Positions 7,848 through 18,958 of a stretch of 64,000 nt of DNA are shown one piece after another. The position numbers and the translations under genes are program-made. How positions within the stretch are numbered: position 1 is the stretch's first letter; each line of letters begins with the position of its first letter. The DNA is taken from positions 152,700 to 216,699 of the forward strand of contig CADCKW010000001.1 in assembly GCA_902802115.1 (NCBI GenBank). Reading direction: 5' to 3'. The notes beneath the pieces are model-generated. The model ran no database searches and had not been told where the DNA came from. It was given only the letters and a program-made list of their open reading frames with translations. This DNA comes from an uncultured Pseudomonadota bacterium (GTDB lineage Bacteria > Pseudomonadota > Alphaproteobacteria > Rs-D84).

Positions 7848-9418
7848 ATTTCGATATATTTCCCATCAATCAAATTCTGTTTGACCACATAATGCTTAAC
7901 CTTTTGCGTCGATGTCATCGGCAAATCATCGGTTGTCATTGCCATATGCGTCACCCATTTATATTTGGCAACGCGTTTATTCGCCTCGGCAACGGCATGC
8001 GACAGTTTTTCTGCGGTCATACCCTCTTCCACACTAAACACACCGTATGCAACCGTTTTACCTTGGACAACATGTTCAAAAACCGCAACATTTTTGACAC
8101 CTGGAATATCTAAAAACAGTGCCTCTAATTCATCTGGATAAACATTTTTGCCACTATCTAAAACAATCACTTGTTTTTTACGACCGGCAAAATGCAATTC
8201 ACCATTTTTATCCATATAGACCAAATCCCCTGTTTTGAAAAATCCACGTTCGTCAAAAGATTCTTTGTTGGCTTCGTCATTGTTCAAATAACCACCAAAC
8301 ACCTGGTGACCACGAACCCATAACATACCAATACCATTTTCATCTTTATCACGAATTTCGCATTCATTATTTCCCAATGGCGCACCAAACGCGTATGGTA
8401 TGCGCTTTTTCACCGGGCGCGAACCACAAAACGGCCCAACGGTTTCGGTCATACCATAACCTTGAATAAATGCGATACCCAAATCATTATAGAATTTTTC
8501 AACCTCTGGCTTGGTTGCCGCCCCGCCCGCAATCATCAACTGAACACGACCGCCAAATACAGCCTTGATTTGTTTTTGCACATTACGCACAATGAATCCC
8601 AGACCGATTTTCTGCAACCATTTTTGGTTTTTCAATATAAAAGAAACAATCCACCATTTTTTCTGGGATTTAATTTCTTCTATAATTTTTTTGCGGAACA
8701 ATTCCCACATTTTAGGCACAGATGGAATCACATGAGGTTTAAATTCTTTGAAATCCGCCAAAATCAATTTTGGATTTATTGATGATTGCAACAAAATACC
8801 CATTTGAAAATGCAGTGGTGCCAAAAATCCCGCAGCAAAACCAAAGATATGATACAGCGGTAAAAAACCATATAACACCCCACCCGGTTCAAACCATTGA
8901 TTAAAATCATCAAAAGAATTTGCACACTCTATCAAATTAAAATGTGTCAGTGGCACAATCTTTGGTGCGCCTGTTGAACCCGATGTAAATGACAATGTTG
9001 CAATATCATTTGCGTTTAATGGGTATGGTTCTAAATCTTCATCTGTTTCTGTGTCCTGGGTTTGAATATCAAAAAATTTAAAACCCGCTGCATCATAGAA
9101 AAAAGATTTTTCCGCCGCGACCAATTTGCATTGGGTAAGTTTCGTCATATTATCATATTCAGTTGGTGTTAAATTTGTATCCAACAACAACACGCGCGCA
9201 CCACGATACCATGCGGCGAACAAAGTCACAATAAATTCTGGAATATTGTGCGCCAACACACCCAAAGTATCACCAAAACCAACGCCAATTTTTTTCAGTG
9301 TTGTTGCACGTGCCTTGATAAATTTTGGAAAATCTTCAAATGTTATTTTTTCGCGGACCAGGAAAAGTGTCTTTGGACACTTTTCCACAGTCTGTTCAAA
9401 GAATTGGTACATATTCAT
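7844..9418 (-). CDS. AMP-binding long-chain acyl-CoA/acyl-ACP ligase, paralog 3
   Basis: FTSGSTGAPK, GYGMTET, FKTGD, GRKK..IVLDSGKNVYP, LPMTSTQKVK. Confidence 0.93.
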   Translation of the reverse strand: MNMYQFFEQTVEKCPKTLFLVREKITFEDFPKFIKARATTLKKIGVGFGDTLGVLAHNIPEFIVTLFAAWYRGARVLLLDTNLTPTEYDNMTKLTQCKLVAAEKSFFYDAAGFKFFDIQTQDTETDEDLEPYPLNANDIATLSFTSGSTGAPKIVPLTHFNLIECANSFDDFNQWFEPGGVLYGFLPLYHIFGFAAGFLAPLHFQMGILLQSSINPKLILADFKEFKPHVIPSVPKMWELFRKKIIEEIKSQKKWWIVSFILKNQKWLQKIGLGFIVRNVQKQIKAVFGGRVQLMIAGGAATKPEVEKFYNDLGIAFIQGYGMTETVGPFCGSRPVKKRIPYAFGAPLGNNECEIRDKDENGIGMLWVRGHQVFGGYLNNDEANKESFDERGFFKTGDLVYMDKNGELHFAGRKKQVIVLDSGKNVYPDELEALFLDIPGVKNVAVFEHVVQGKTVAYGVFSVEEGMTAEKLSHAVAEANKRVAKYKWVTHMAMTTDDLPMTSTQKVKHYVVKQNLIDGKYIEI

Positions 9419-9421
9419 AAT

Positions 9422-11002
9422 TTAAATACCCTTTTCTTGATATTTACCATCGATTAAATATTGACGAACGACATGATGTTTAACCTTTTGTGTTGATGTC
9501 AAAGGCAAATCGTCTGTTGTCATCGCGAAATGGGTCACCCATTTATAAGAAGCAACTTTTTTATTTTTTTCCGCGATTGCCTTTGCCAATTTTTCCATGG
9601 TCATATCACTATCCACAGAAAACACACCATATGCGACAGTTTTACCATTAACCTCGTGTTCGAAAACCGCCACATTTTTAACCCCAGGTATTTCGATAAA
9701 CAAACCTTCCAATTCATCTGGATAAACATTTTTACCGCTATCCAAAACGATGACTTGTTTTTTACGACCTGCGAAATGGAATTCACCGTTTTTATCGCAT
9801 GACACCAAATCGCCTGTGCAGAAAAATCCGTCTTTATCGAAACTTTCTTTATTGGCCGCGTCGTTATTCAAATATCCACCAAACACCTGTTTTCCTTTGA
9901 CCCACAACATACCAATACCGTTTTCGTCTTTGCTGCGGATTTCACAGCAATTTTCACCCAGTGGTGCGCCGAACGCATATGGCACACGTTTTTTTACAGG
10001 TTTAGAACAACAGATTGGTCCAACTGTTTCGGTCATACCATAACCTTGAACAAATGCCATACCTAAATTGTTATAAAAGTTTTCAACCTCTGGTTTTGTT
10101 GCGGCACCACCGGCGACCAAACAGCGCACACGACCACCGAACACCGAACGAATTTGATTCAAAACTTTATCAACCAATTTGCCCATTCCCAGCATACGCA
10201 AAGTTTTTTGATGATTCATAATAAATGATACCAACCACCATTTTTTCTTTGCTTTGACATTATCGACAATCTTTTTACGGAAAATTTCAAACACCTTTGG
10301 CACAGCCGGAATAACATGTGGTTTATATGTTGCAAAATCTTGCAATATTGCATTTGGGTTGATTGTTGATTGCAACAAAACACTCATACCAAAATGCAAA
10401 GGTGCCAAAAATCCAACTGCAAAACCAAACACATGATATAATGGTAAAAATCCATACATCATTTCACCATGGCGCAAGAAAATACTTAAACTTTCCAAAC
10501 TTTCCGAACAAGAAACCAAATTTTCATGCGTTAATGGCACAATTTTTGGGGTACCTGTTGAACCAGATGTAAATGACAGTGTTGCAATATCTTTGTCTTT
10601 TAATTTATAAGCCTTCAAAGATTCACCATCATCTTTATCTTTGGCCTGGATATCCAAAAACTTAAAGTTTTTTGTTTTATAAAAGAAAGATTTTTCTGCA
10701 ACAACAAATTTACAATCTGTGCGTTCAGTCATATTATCGTATTCAATTGGTGTTAAATTTGTATCCAATAATAATACCGTTCCACCAACATACCAAATTG
10801 CAAACAAAGTATAAATAAATTCAGGGATATTATGTGATAACAAACCAACTGTATCTCCTGGCTTTATCCCAGATGCAATCAACGATGCCGCACGTGCCTT
10901 GATAAACTTTGGCAATTGCGAAAAAGTAATATTTTCACGAACCAAAAAAACCATATCTGGATTTTTTGCTATATTCTGTTTTAACAATTCAATCATTGTC
11001 AT
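9422..11002 (-). CDS. AMP-binding long-chain acyl-CoA/acyl-ACP ligase, paralog 2
   Basis: FTSGSTGTPK, GYGMTET, FCTGD, LPLTSTQKVK. Confidence 0.93.
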   Translation of the reverse strand: MTMIELLKQNIAKNPDMVFLVRENITFSQLPKFIKARAASLIASGIKPGDTVGLLSHNIPEFIYTLFAIWYVGGTVLLLDTNLTPIEYDNMTERTDCKFVVAEKSFFYKTKNFKFLDIQAKDKDDGESLKAYKLKDKDIATLSFTSGSTGTPKIVPLTHENLVSCSESLESLSIFLRHGEMMYGFLPLYHVFGFAVGFLAPLHFGMSVLLQSTINPNAILQDFATYKPHVIPAVPKVFEIFRKKIVDNVKAKKKWWLVSFIMNHQKTLRMLGMGKLVDKVLNQIRSVFGGRVRCLVAGGAATKPEVENFYNNLGMAFVQGYGMTETVGPICCSKPVKKRVPYAFGAPLGENCCEIRSKDENGIGMLWVKGKQVFGGYLNNDAANKESFDKDGFFCTGDLVSCDKNGEFHFAGRKKQVIVLDSGKNVYPDELEGLFIEIPGVKNVAVFEHEVNGKTVAYGVFSVDSDMTMEKLAKAIAEKNKKVASYKWVTHFAMTTDDLPLTSTQKVKHHVVRQYLIDGKYQEKGI

Positions 11003-11033
11003 TTTTTATGTCCTTTATTTATAAATGAATAAA

Positions 11034-12614
11034 TTATTCATGTCTGTCAGGATATTTACCATCGATTAAATTTTTCCGCACAATATGATGCTTAATTTTT
11101 TGCGTACTGGTCACAGGTAAATCTTCTGTTGTCATCGCAAAATGGGTCACCCATTTATACGATGCAACTTTTTTATTTGCCTCGGCAACTGCATCTGCCA
11201 ACCTGTCCATTGTCATACCAGGTTCGACACTAAACACACCGTATGCAACGGTTTTATCTTTTACCTTGTGTTCAAACACCGCAACATTTTTTACACCCGG
11301 GATATCTAAAAACATGGCTTCTAATTCATCTGGATAAACATTTTTACCGCTATCCAAAACAATTACTTGTTTTTTGCGACCGGCAAAATGCAACTCACCA
11401 TTTTTATCCATATATACCATATCGCCAGTATTAAAGAACCCTTTGTCATCAAATGCTTCTTTGTTTGCCGCATCATTATTCAAATACCCACCAAACACCT
11501 GATGACCACGCAACCACAAAACACCAATGCCATTTTCGTCTTTATCGCGAATTTCGCATTCGTTATTTGTTGTCGGGCCACCCACAGAAAACGCCATACG
11601 TTTTTTATTTGGTTTTGAAATACAGATTGGTCCAACAGTTTCTGTTAAACCATAACCTTGAATAAATGCCAAACCCAAACTTTCATAGAAAGTTTCAACC
11701 TCTGGCTTGGTTGCGGCACCACCTGCAATCAACAACCTGACCCGTCCGCCGAAAATATCCAAAATAGGTTCTTGGACTTTGCGCACAAAAAATCCCAATC
11801 CCATATCGGTAATGCGTTCGCGATTGCGTAAAATAAATTCCACAATGCGCCACTTTTTTTGTGCCTTCAAAGTATCCATAATCTTATTTCTAAATAATTC
11901 CCACAAACGCGGTACAGCCGGAATAACATGCGGACGGAATTTTTTAAAATCGTCCATAATGTATTTTGGATTAACAGTTGGCTGTAAAACAATACCCGCC
12001 CCAAAATGCACAGTTGCCAAAATACCGATGGAAAAACCGAATATATGATACAAAGGCAAAAATCCATACATAACATCGCCTGAACCAAAATATTCAGCCA
12101 TATCTTCCAACGAATTTGCACACTCTGTTAAATTATAGTGTGTTAATGGCACGACCTTTGGACTGCCGGTTGAACCAGATGTAAAAGACAAAGTTGCAAT
12201 ATCACTGTCTTTGAATTCATACGGGCGCAACATTGGATTTGGCATACCGTCATTTGCGGTAATATCAATAAATTTAAACACATCTGTTTTATAGAAAAAT
12301 GACAATTCTGCAAAAACAAATTTACAATTTGCAATCGTCGCCATATTGTCATATTCAAACGGTGTTAAATTTGTATCCAACATCAATGCGCGCGCACCAA
12401 TATACCATATTGCGAACAATGTCAGCGGAAATTGAGGAATATTATGTGACAACACACCAACTGTATCACCGGCCTTGATGCCATGTTCCATCAGTGTCAC
12501 CGCACGTGCGCGAACCATTTCCATAAATTTTGAATACGTAATCCCTTCACGTACCAGAAACAGATTTTCCGGCCATTGCTGAACCGCTGTTTCTAACATA
12601 GTATTCATACTCAT
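11034..12614 (-). CDS. AMP-binding long-chain acyl-CoA/acyl-ACP ligase, paralog 1
   Basis: FTSGSTGSPK, GYGLTET, FNTGD, LPVTSTQKIK. Confidence 0.93.
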   Translation of the reverse strand: MSMNTMLETAVQQWPENLFLVREGITYSKFMEMVRARAVTLMEHGIKAGDTVGVLSHNIPQFPLTLFAIWYIGARALMLDTNLTPFEYDNMATIANCKFVFAELSFFYKTDVFKFIDITANDGMPNPMLRPYEFKDSDIATLSFTSGSTGSPKVVPLTHYNLTECANSLEDMAEYFGSGDVMYGFLPLYHIFGFSIGILATVHFGAGIVLQPTVNPKYIMDDFKKFRPHVIPAVPRLWELFRNKIMDTLKAQKKWRIVEFILRNRERITDMGLGFFVRKVQEPILDIFGGRVRLLIAGGAATKPEVETFYESLGLAFIQGYGLTETVGPICISKPNKKRMAFSVGGPTTNNECEIRDKDENGIGVLWLRGHQVFGGYLNNDAANKEAFDDKGFFNTGDMVYMDKNGELHFAGRKKQVIVLDSGKNVYPDELEAMFLDIPGVKNVAVFEHKVKDKTVAYGVFSVEPGMTMDRLADAVAEANKKVASYKWVTHFAMTTEDLPVTSTQKIKHHIVRKNLIDGKYPDRHE

Positions 12615-12683
12615 AGTAAATTTCCTTGTTGTTTTTATATTGGACGGGGTATATTATAGACCTAAAAGATAAGGAAATCAAAC

Positions 12684-13454
12684 ATGAAAATATTAACCTT
12701 GAATATAAATTCTATACGCGCCCATGTGGAAAGTTTTATGGATATTTTGCGAAATGGCGAATACGACACAATATTGGTCCAAGAATTAAAGGTCGAAAAC
12801 GCAAACTTTCCATTTATGTTATTTGACGAATTTGGATATAACATCAAGATTTTTGGGCAAAAATCATGGAACGGAGTTGCTGTATTTTCTAAATTTTCCA
12901 TCGAAGATGTCACATTTAATATGCCAAATTATGCAGATATAAATTCACGCATAATTGAATGTGTTATTGATGGGCGAATTCGCGTTATAAATACATATAT
13001 GCCAAACGGCGACAATATTGAATCACCAAAATTTCAATATAAATTGGAATGGATGCGCGCATTCAGCGAACACATCAAACAATATACCAATTCGCCCGAG
13101 GCTGTAATTATCGCTGGCGATTTTAATGTTGCAATTACCGACCGCGATATATGGAATCCAAAAAATTATATTGGTTCATCTATATCGGCCCCATCGGCAC
13201 GCGAAATCATGCAATCTTGGCTAGACGATGGCTGGGTTGATGTATGGCGCAAATTACACCCCGACACAATCGATTACACATGGTATGGATATCGTGGTCG
13301 CGACACCGTTGGCAACAAACAAGGTTTGCGCTTGGATTATTTTTTATGCAATAACACAGCCGAAAAAATGGTTAAAAATTGCGAAATAGATTTGTGCCCA
13401 CGCACCGCCCAAAAACCAACAGACCATTGTGGTTTAATGCTGGAAATTGATTAA
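12684..13454 (+). CDS. xth: Exodeoxyribonuclease III
   Basis: LTLNINSIR, LVQELK, GQKSWNGVA, YMPNG, GDFNVA, YTWY, LRLDYFL, TDHC. Confidence 0.96.
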   Translation: MKILTLNINSIRAHVESFMDILRNGEYDTILVQELKVENANFPFMLFDEFGYNIKIFGQKSWNGVAVFSKFSIEDVTFNMPNYADINSRIIECVIDGRIRVINTYMPNGDNIESPKFQYKLEWMRAFSEHIKQYTNSPEAVIIAGDFNVAITDRDIWNPKNYIGSSISAPSAREIMQSWLDDGWVDVWRKLHPDTIDYTWYGYRGRDTVGNKQGLRLDYFLCNNTAEKMVKNCEIDLCPRTAQKPTDHCGLMLEID

Positions 13455-15973
13455 TCATCAATGCGTGCCAAATCATCATAGGTTTTATATTTATCATCAC
13501 CGGTTTCAAAATATTCATACGGTGCATTGCCCACAGAATACATATTAAATAACTCTGTCACTTTATTAATTGCCGCGTTCATCATATCGCGCACTTGGGC
13601 CTCGTCAAACCATATCATTTTTGCATGAAAGTTTTTCAACTGCATAAATACCATTTTTGGATTTCTGGATTTTTCAGTTGTTGGTATTTTAAACCCATTA
13701 TTTGCCAACATATACGCTTCCAAAGGCAACTGTGGCATGGTCCCAGAATTTAATTGTGAATTATTTGGCGCACTGCCTGTTTTAATATCCAACACACCAC
13801 CGTCCCAAACCCTGTCGGCAAATGCACACACACAACGATTTGCAATAACGACCTTGCCTTCTATTTCTGGCACAGAATTTAATAGCAAATCTGCATGCTG
13901 TTCCAAAACCTTGGCAATTTCGACAAACCGTTTATGCCAGAATTTAAAAATCATACTTTCTGTATTTGTTAAATTTAAAACCTCACGCGCAGCCCTGTCC
14001 ATTTCACTAATGGTTGTGGCGCATGAAAAATCACGTGCATGTTCAACCACATCATGCACCAAAGTCCCAAATTTTCGTGCATCAACAGAAACCCACCAAT
14101 CGTCCATTGGTCGCAACCGTAAAATATGTGCAACATAAAAAGCATACGGATTATGAATCAATTTTTCTAATTCTGTCACATAAACATCACTCCAATCCGA
14201 TGGCGGATTCGGCGCAGTATAATCCAAAGGTTGCAAATCAATTTTATCGCGTTTGCGCACAGATTCTAACACATTTGTATTTTCATCAATTTCGCCACCA
14301 CGTGCCAACACACGTGATATAAACCGAGATTCTGCGGTTTTTGTTCCACCCGAATTTTCTGCACGCAACCAATAAACTTGCGCGCCGCACGACAAATTCA
14401 TAAAATCCAAAGACATCAAAGATACTTTTCTGTCTGGACTGGGCAATCCAATTTTTTCTGCAACCGCCACAGGCAACCAAGCATTTTCATACCCACGCGC
14501 AGGAAACATACCATCATTTAACCCAGTTAAAATCACGACATCTGCGGTCTGCATACGTGATTCAATGGTTCCCAACACAACAATTTTTGCAGACATATTT
14601 GGAACATCGCGCACCGCAACCGTCCCCAGCACATCGGCAATAAATGCACGCGCATCGGCACACGATAATTTAATATCATATTGCGCCAACACAGACGACA
14701 AATTTTTTATTACCAACCACACCTGACCAGATTCCACAGAATCAATTTCAAATTCAGGCTGCATAAAATCAATATTATCATTTATAATCGCGGCAATCGT
14801 GTTAAACAAATCAAAACCAGATTTCGTATAATACGATTCCCATTTTGATTGTTTTTCTTCAATCCATAAATCCAGTAAATTTAAAATTGCACGCGCGGCG
14901 GCAACACTTGCACCCGAACGCGCACCCGAAAAATCCGCTTCTAATCCTAAATCCAAAAAAGCACTTTGCAATCTTTGATTTCCGGCGGCATCAGGTGTAA
15001 TTACCATCACAGATTTATTTTGCGAAACCGCACGCGCACAAATTTCTGCCACAGATGCCGCCTCTTCACTTTCGCTATCTGCGGTTATCAAATGACAATT
15101 ATGCAAATCTTTGTCGCCCAAATATTTATCTGTATCATTACCAAACGCATAGTTCATAAAATCAATATATGACGCACCAACATCAATTGGGATAACATCA
15201 CGTGGTTCAATACCAATGCGTTTTAAAAATTTATATTCTGCATTATACGGATTTGTATTTAATTCAAAATCTTGTGCGCGACCATCAATTTTTCCAGGCA
15301 AAATAATCCGCCCATTTTGCATACCTGCAATATATTCCATTAAATCTGCGGTTGCCGGTACAGACGCCGTTGAACCACACACAATAACCAATTTATAATT
15401 ATCACAAACACCAATCCAAGAACGCACATCTTTATTTCTTTGTGCCACCGCGGTTATACGACCATTGGCAAACCCTGGCAAAACAGTTGTTAAAATATTT
15501 AACATCTTGGCTTTGGATTTAAAATGTTCGGCATATTCATTACCTGCAACCAAAGATTCCCAATCAATATCCGCACTATTCAACCCTTCATTTTCCAAGT
15601 AATCTTGGCACCGCACCAAATCGTGTGCAATTGGCAAAGCCGTTGAAATATTGCCCACCGACGAATCCGCCGATAATAATTTAGACAAAATAACAACGCG
15701 TTCCAAATTCGAAAACACTTCATTTTGAAAAACATCTTCTTCTATTTCGCCATCATCGATACCTTCGCCCAACGCAACCAATTTAGGCAACAAAATTGCA
15801 CGCGATTGATTTTTATCAACGAACATTTTTTCCGCCGAACGAACCGCACGCCTGCTGGGCAAAAAAACCAAACAATCTTGCAACGAAACATTTGCAGATT
15901 CAATCACACGCCATAATGCGTCCAGCATATGTCCAGGATTTGTCACACAAAAAATATTTTTATTTGATGCCAA
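13451..15973 (-). CDS. addB: Double-strand break repair protein AddB (PD-(D/E)XK nuclease)
   Basis: VFLPSRRAVR...LLPKL, GTIESR, VILTGLNDGMFP, VTELEKLIHNPYAFY..IL.LRP, ADRV..DIKTG, PQLPLEA, YDDLAR. Confidence 0.88.
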   Translation of the reverse strand: MASNKNIFCVTNPGHMLDALWRVIESANVSLQDCLVFLPSRRAVRSAEKMFVDKNQSRAILLPKLVALGEGIDDGEIEEDVFQNEVFSNLERVVILSKLLSADSSVGNISTALPIAHDLVRCQDYLENEGLNSADIDWESLVAGNEYAEHFKSKAKMLNILTTVLPGFANGRITAVAQRNKDVRSWIGVCDNYKLVIVCGSTASVPATADLMEYIAGMQNGRIILPGKIDGRAQDFELNTNPYNAEYKFLKRIGIEPRDVIPIDVGASYIDFMNYAFGNDTDKYLGDKDLHNCHLITADSESEEAASVAEICARAVSQNKSVMVITPDAAGNQRLQSAFLDLGLEADFSGARSGASVAAARAILNLLDLWIEEKQSKWESYYTKSGFDLFNTIAAIINDNIDFMQPEFEIDSVESGQVWLVIKNLSSVLAQYDIKLSCADARAFIADVLGTVAVRDVPNMSAKIVVLGTIESRMQTADVVILTGLNDGMFPARGYENAWLPVAVAEKIGLPSPDRKVSLMSLDFMNLSCGAQVYWLRAENSGGTKTAESRFISRVLARGGEIDENTNVLESVRKRDKIDLQPLDYTAPNPPSDWSDVYVTELEKLIHNPYAFYVAHILRLRPMDDWWVSVDARKFGTLVHDVVEHARDFSCATTISEMDRAAREVLNLTNTESMIFKFWHKRFVEIAKVLEQHADLLLNSVPEIEGKVVIANRCVCAFADRVWDGGVLDIKTGSAPNNSQLNSGTMPQLPLEAYMLANNGFKIPTTEKSRNPKMVFMQLKNFHAKMIWFDEAQVRDMMNAAINKVTELFNMYSVGNAPYEYFETGDDKYKTYDDLARIDD

Positions 15974-16514
15974 TTATTTTCCTTAAAATTTCCAGACCTG
16001 TTTTTTTTGTTGCCGATGTTATTAAAATTTCATCAACCATTGCACCATGATTTTCATGCGACAAAACCATCTGTTTTTCTTCACGAATTTTTTTATCTTT
16101 TTTTGTATAAACGATTTGATACAAAATTCCATTTTTATCGCAAAAATCCATCAATTCTAAATCAGAATCTTTTGGTCCAACACGCGAATCAATCAATATA
16201 AACAACCGTTTTAATTGCGAACGATTTTTCAAATATTTTTCCAAACGCAAAACCCAACTCATTGCCAATTCACGCGACACACGTGCATAACCATAACCCG
16301 GCAAATCAACCAATAAAACCCTATCATCAATATTAAATAGATTTAATTCTTGGGTTCGCCCAGGCGTATTTGATGTCCGCGCAATTGGCGCGCCAACCAC
16401 CGCATTTATCAACGAAGATTTACCAACATTACTGCGTCCAACAAAGGCATATTCTGGAAACTGTGTTTTTGGCAAACTTTCGACCGATGAAAAAGACCCA
16501 ACAAATTTTATCAT
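15960..16514 (-). CDS. engB: Ribosome biogenesis GTPase YihA/YsxC
   Basis: PEYAFVGRSNVGKSSLIN, TSNTPGRTQ, DLPGYGYA, TKKDK, TSA. Confidence 0.95.
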   Translation of the reverse strand: MIKFVGSFSSVESLPKTQFPEYAFVGRSNVGKSSLINAVVGAPIARTSNTPGRTQELNLFNIDDRVLLVDLPGYGYARVSRELAMSWVLRLEKYLKNRSQLKRLFILIDSRVGPKDSDLELMDFCDKNGILYQIVYTKKDKKIREEKQMVLSHENHGAMVDEILITSATKKTGLEILRKIIGIK

Positions 16515-17332
16515 TTTTTATCCCCCACCAATCGTTTATAGGCTTCCTTTTTAGAAATACCTGTGCGCGCCGCCAATTGTGCCGCCCCTGATTTTGTAGA
16601 ATCTGCAACAATATCATTTACGATTTGCGATATTTCTTCATCAGTCATTTTTTGTGTTGGTGCCGGTGCAACGCAAATAACAATTTCACCGCGTGGCGGC
16701 TCTATACGCATTAAATCCGCCGGATATCCAACAATAACTTCCTCGTGAATTTTTGTAATTTCACGCACAATTGCAATTTGTCTTTCTGGCATAACACGTG
16801 CAATCGCCGCAATAGTTGCCATAATACGATTTGGACTTTCGTAATAAATAATTGTATGGCGAATTTTATTATCATCACGCAATTTTTTCTCGTCAAAAAA
16901 ACCACAGAAAGTAAATCTATCCGTTGGAAACCCAGACAAAACCAGCGCAGAAATCGCCGCTGTTGGCCCCGGCACCATAAATATTGGCACCCCTGCACTA
17001 CGCGCAGCACGAACCAACCGGAACCCAGGGTCACTAACACCCGGCATACCTGCATCTGTCACAACCGCAACCGACAGTCCAGATTCAATTTTTTGAATTA
17101 TAGAATCAACAACCTTGACCTCGTTATGTTCATGATGAGAAATCGCCTTGGTTTTAATATCAAAATGCGCCGCCAATTTGGCAAACACACGCGTATCTTC
17201 GGCAGCAACCAAATCCACAGATTGCAAAACCTCTATCGCACGCGGCGACATATCAGCCAAATTTCCAATTGGTGTTCCAACAATATAGAGTCCCGATTGC
17301 ATTTCTAATCCTTTTATGATAAAATAATACAA
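16511..17332 (-). CDS. rsmI: 16S rRNA C1402 2'-O-methyltransferase (probable start 17302)
   Basis: LYIVGTPIGNLAD, AAEDTR, DAGMPGVSDPG, PGPTA, YESPNR, REITKIHEE, PPRGE. Confidence 0.96.
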   Translation of the reverse strand: MYYFIIKGLEMQSGLYIVGTPIGNLADMSPRAIEVLQSVDLVAAEDTRVFAKLAAHFDIKTKAISHHEHNEVKVVDSIIQKIESGLSVAVVTDAGMPGVSDPGFRLVRAARSAGVPIFMVPGPTAAISALVLSGFPTDRFTFCGFFDEKKLRDDNKIRHTIIYYESPNRIMATIAAIARVMPERQIAIVREITKIHEEVIVGYPADLMRIEPPRGEIVICVAPAPTQKMTDEEISQIVNDIVADSTKSGAAQLAARTGISKKEAYKRLVGDKK

Positions 17333-17351
17333 AAATAAATAGGCGTTTTCA

Positions 17352-18944
17352 ATGAATAGATTTCTTTTTACATTTTTAACAGTATTAATATTGGCGGGTT
17401 GCGCGGGTCAAAAACCTGAAAAACATGATTGGAACGCGGAATACACAAACGCACCAACCGGCACCCCAACCCAGATGCAATATGGCACATATTATTCAAC
17501 ATACGATTCCGCCGACAGCCAACATAACATTGCTGTTTTATTACCAACGACCGGTTCTGCGGCAACATCTGGACGCGAAATCCGTAATGGTATGGAATTG
17601 GCATTATTACAACACTCTTTGAACCAATTAAATGTGCGTTTTTATGATACTGCGAACGACACAACAACCGCAATAAACAACGCATTGATGGAAAATCCTG
17701 AAATAATTATCGGTCCATTGTTTGCAAACGACGCGATTGCATTACGCACAACCAAGCCTGACTATATGCCGGCAATATCATTTACATCAAACGCAAATGC
17801 GGTTGGCGATGGTGTTATGACGATTGCGTTAATGCCAACAAACAGTGTTGAATTAATTGTTCGTGAAATGTTTGATGATGGTATTAAAAACTTTATCATA
17901 ATGGCACCCGATACAGAATCCGGAAAAATCATGGCCGGCACCGCAAAACGCGCCAGCGAAATTTATGGTTCAACTGTTTCTGGAATATTTTTATACAAAG
18001 AACGCGACAATGATAATTTAAAAAACATTGCCGAAATGGCATCAATGAACAAGGCGCGCACCGCGGCACACAAACGGGCACGCACCGTGTTATCCGACAT
18101 TTTAACCCGCGAAGAATTAACCGGTATTGAAAAATCTAAATTATATTACCAATTGGATAAATTATCCAAAACTGACACAATTGGAACATTACCATATACC
18201 GCTGTATTATTCTTGGGGTCTTCGGACGACACAAAAACACTTGGTTCGTTTTTGCGTTATTATGGTGCAGATTCTAAAACCATAAAATTCTATGGTTCTG
18301 CCCTGCTGGATAATACAGATATCGCCGCAGATTATACAATGATGGGAACAAAATATGCGGCTCTGCCCGAACAAAATTTAACATTTACAAATTTATATAA
18401 AGAAACATATGGCAACCTGCCATCGCGTTTGGCGGCATTTGGATACGATGCGGCAAATATCGCAATGGGGACTGTATATTCTGGTCGTGCGCCGGCATCG
18501 TATTTATTGGACCCCAGTGGATATAACGGTATGTCTGGCATGTTTCGTTTAAAACCAAACGGCGACAGCGAACGCGGTTTGCGCATCATGACTGTAAATG
18601 GTTCTGGCACACCTGTATTGGTTAAAGATGCCCCAGAAAACTTTATAACACCAATTTATAATATTGAACAAAGACAAATAAAGCCTGCTGAATCTATGTC
18701 ATTGCAAACATCTGGGATAAATCCAAATGATTACATAACAATCCCAGACCGTTATAAACGCAAATATAAATCAACAACATACGGTTTAAACATGACAGAA
18801 TCAACACCACAAAAACCAGAATCTGTAATTACCGTAATACACAGCGACGATAACGATGCCGGTGTTATTGATGCCGATTATAAACCTGTTCAACTGGAAT
18901 CAATCAACAAAACAATGATAGATTCTGTTGAAATCAACGAATAA
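17352..18944 (+). CDS. LppC/LpoA-like penicillin-binding protein activator lipoprotein
   Basis: LILAGC lipobox, IAVLLP.TG, IIIGPLFA, AAFGYDA, GMSGMFRL..NG..ERGL. Divergent from rsmI, as is typical. Confidence 0.85.
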   Translation: MNRFLFTFLTVLILAGCAGQKPEKHDWNAEYTNAPTGTPTQMQYGTYYSTYDSADSQHNIAVLLPTTGSAATSGREIRNGMELALLQHSLNQLNVRFYDTANDTTTAINNALMENPEIIIGPLFANDAIALRTTKPDYMPAISFTSNANAVGDGVMTIALMPTNSVELIVREMFDDGIKNFIIMAPDTESGKIMAGTAKRASEIYGSTVSGIFLYKERDNDNLKNIAEMASMNKARTAAHKRARTVLSDILTREELTGIEKSKLYYQLDKLSKTDTIGTLPYTAVLFLGSSDDTKTLGSFLRYYGADSKTIKFYGSALLDNTDIAADYTMMGTKYAALPEQNLTFTNLYKETYGNLPSRLAAFGYDAANIAMGTVYSGRAPASYLLDPSGYNGMSGMFRLKPNGDSERGLRIMTVNGSGTPVLVKDAPENFITPIYNIEQRQIKPAESMSLQTSGINPNDYITIPDRYKRKYKSTTYGLNMTESTPQKPESVITVIHSDDNDAGVIDADYKPVQLESINKTMIDSVEINE

Positions 18945-18958
18945 AAAAGGACGAAAAA

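Noticed and set aside
7844-12614. Recent gene conversion among the ligase paralogs
   Set aside because: The conserved C-terminal blocks still differ at many synonymous positions.
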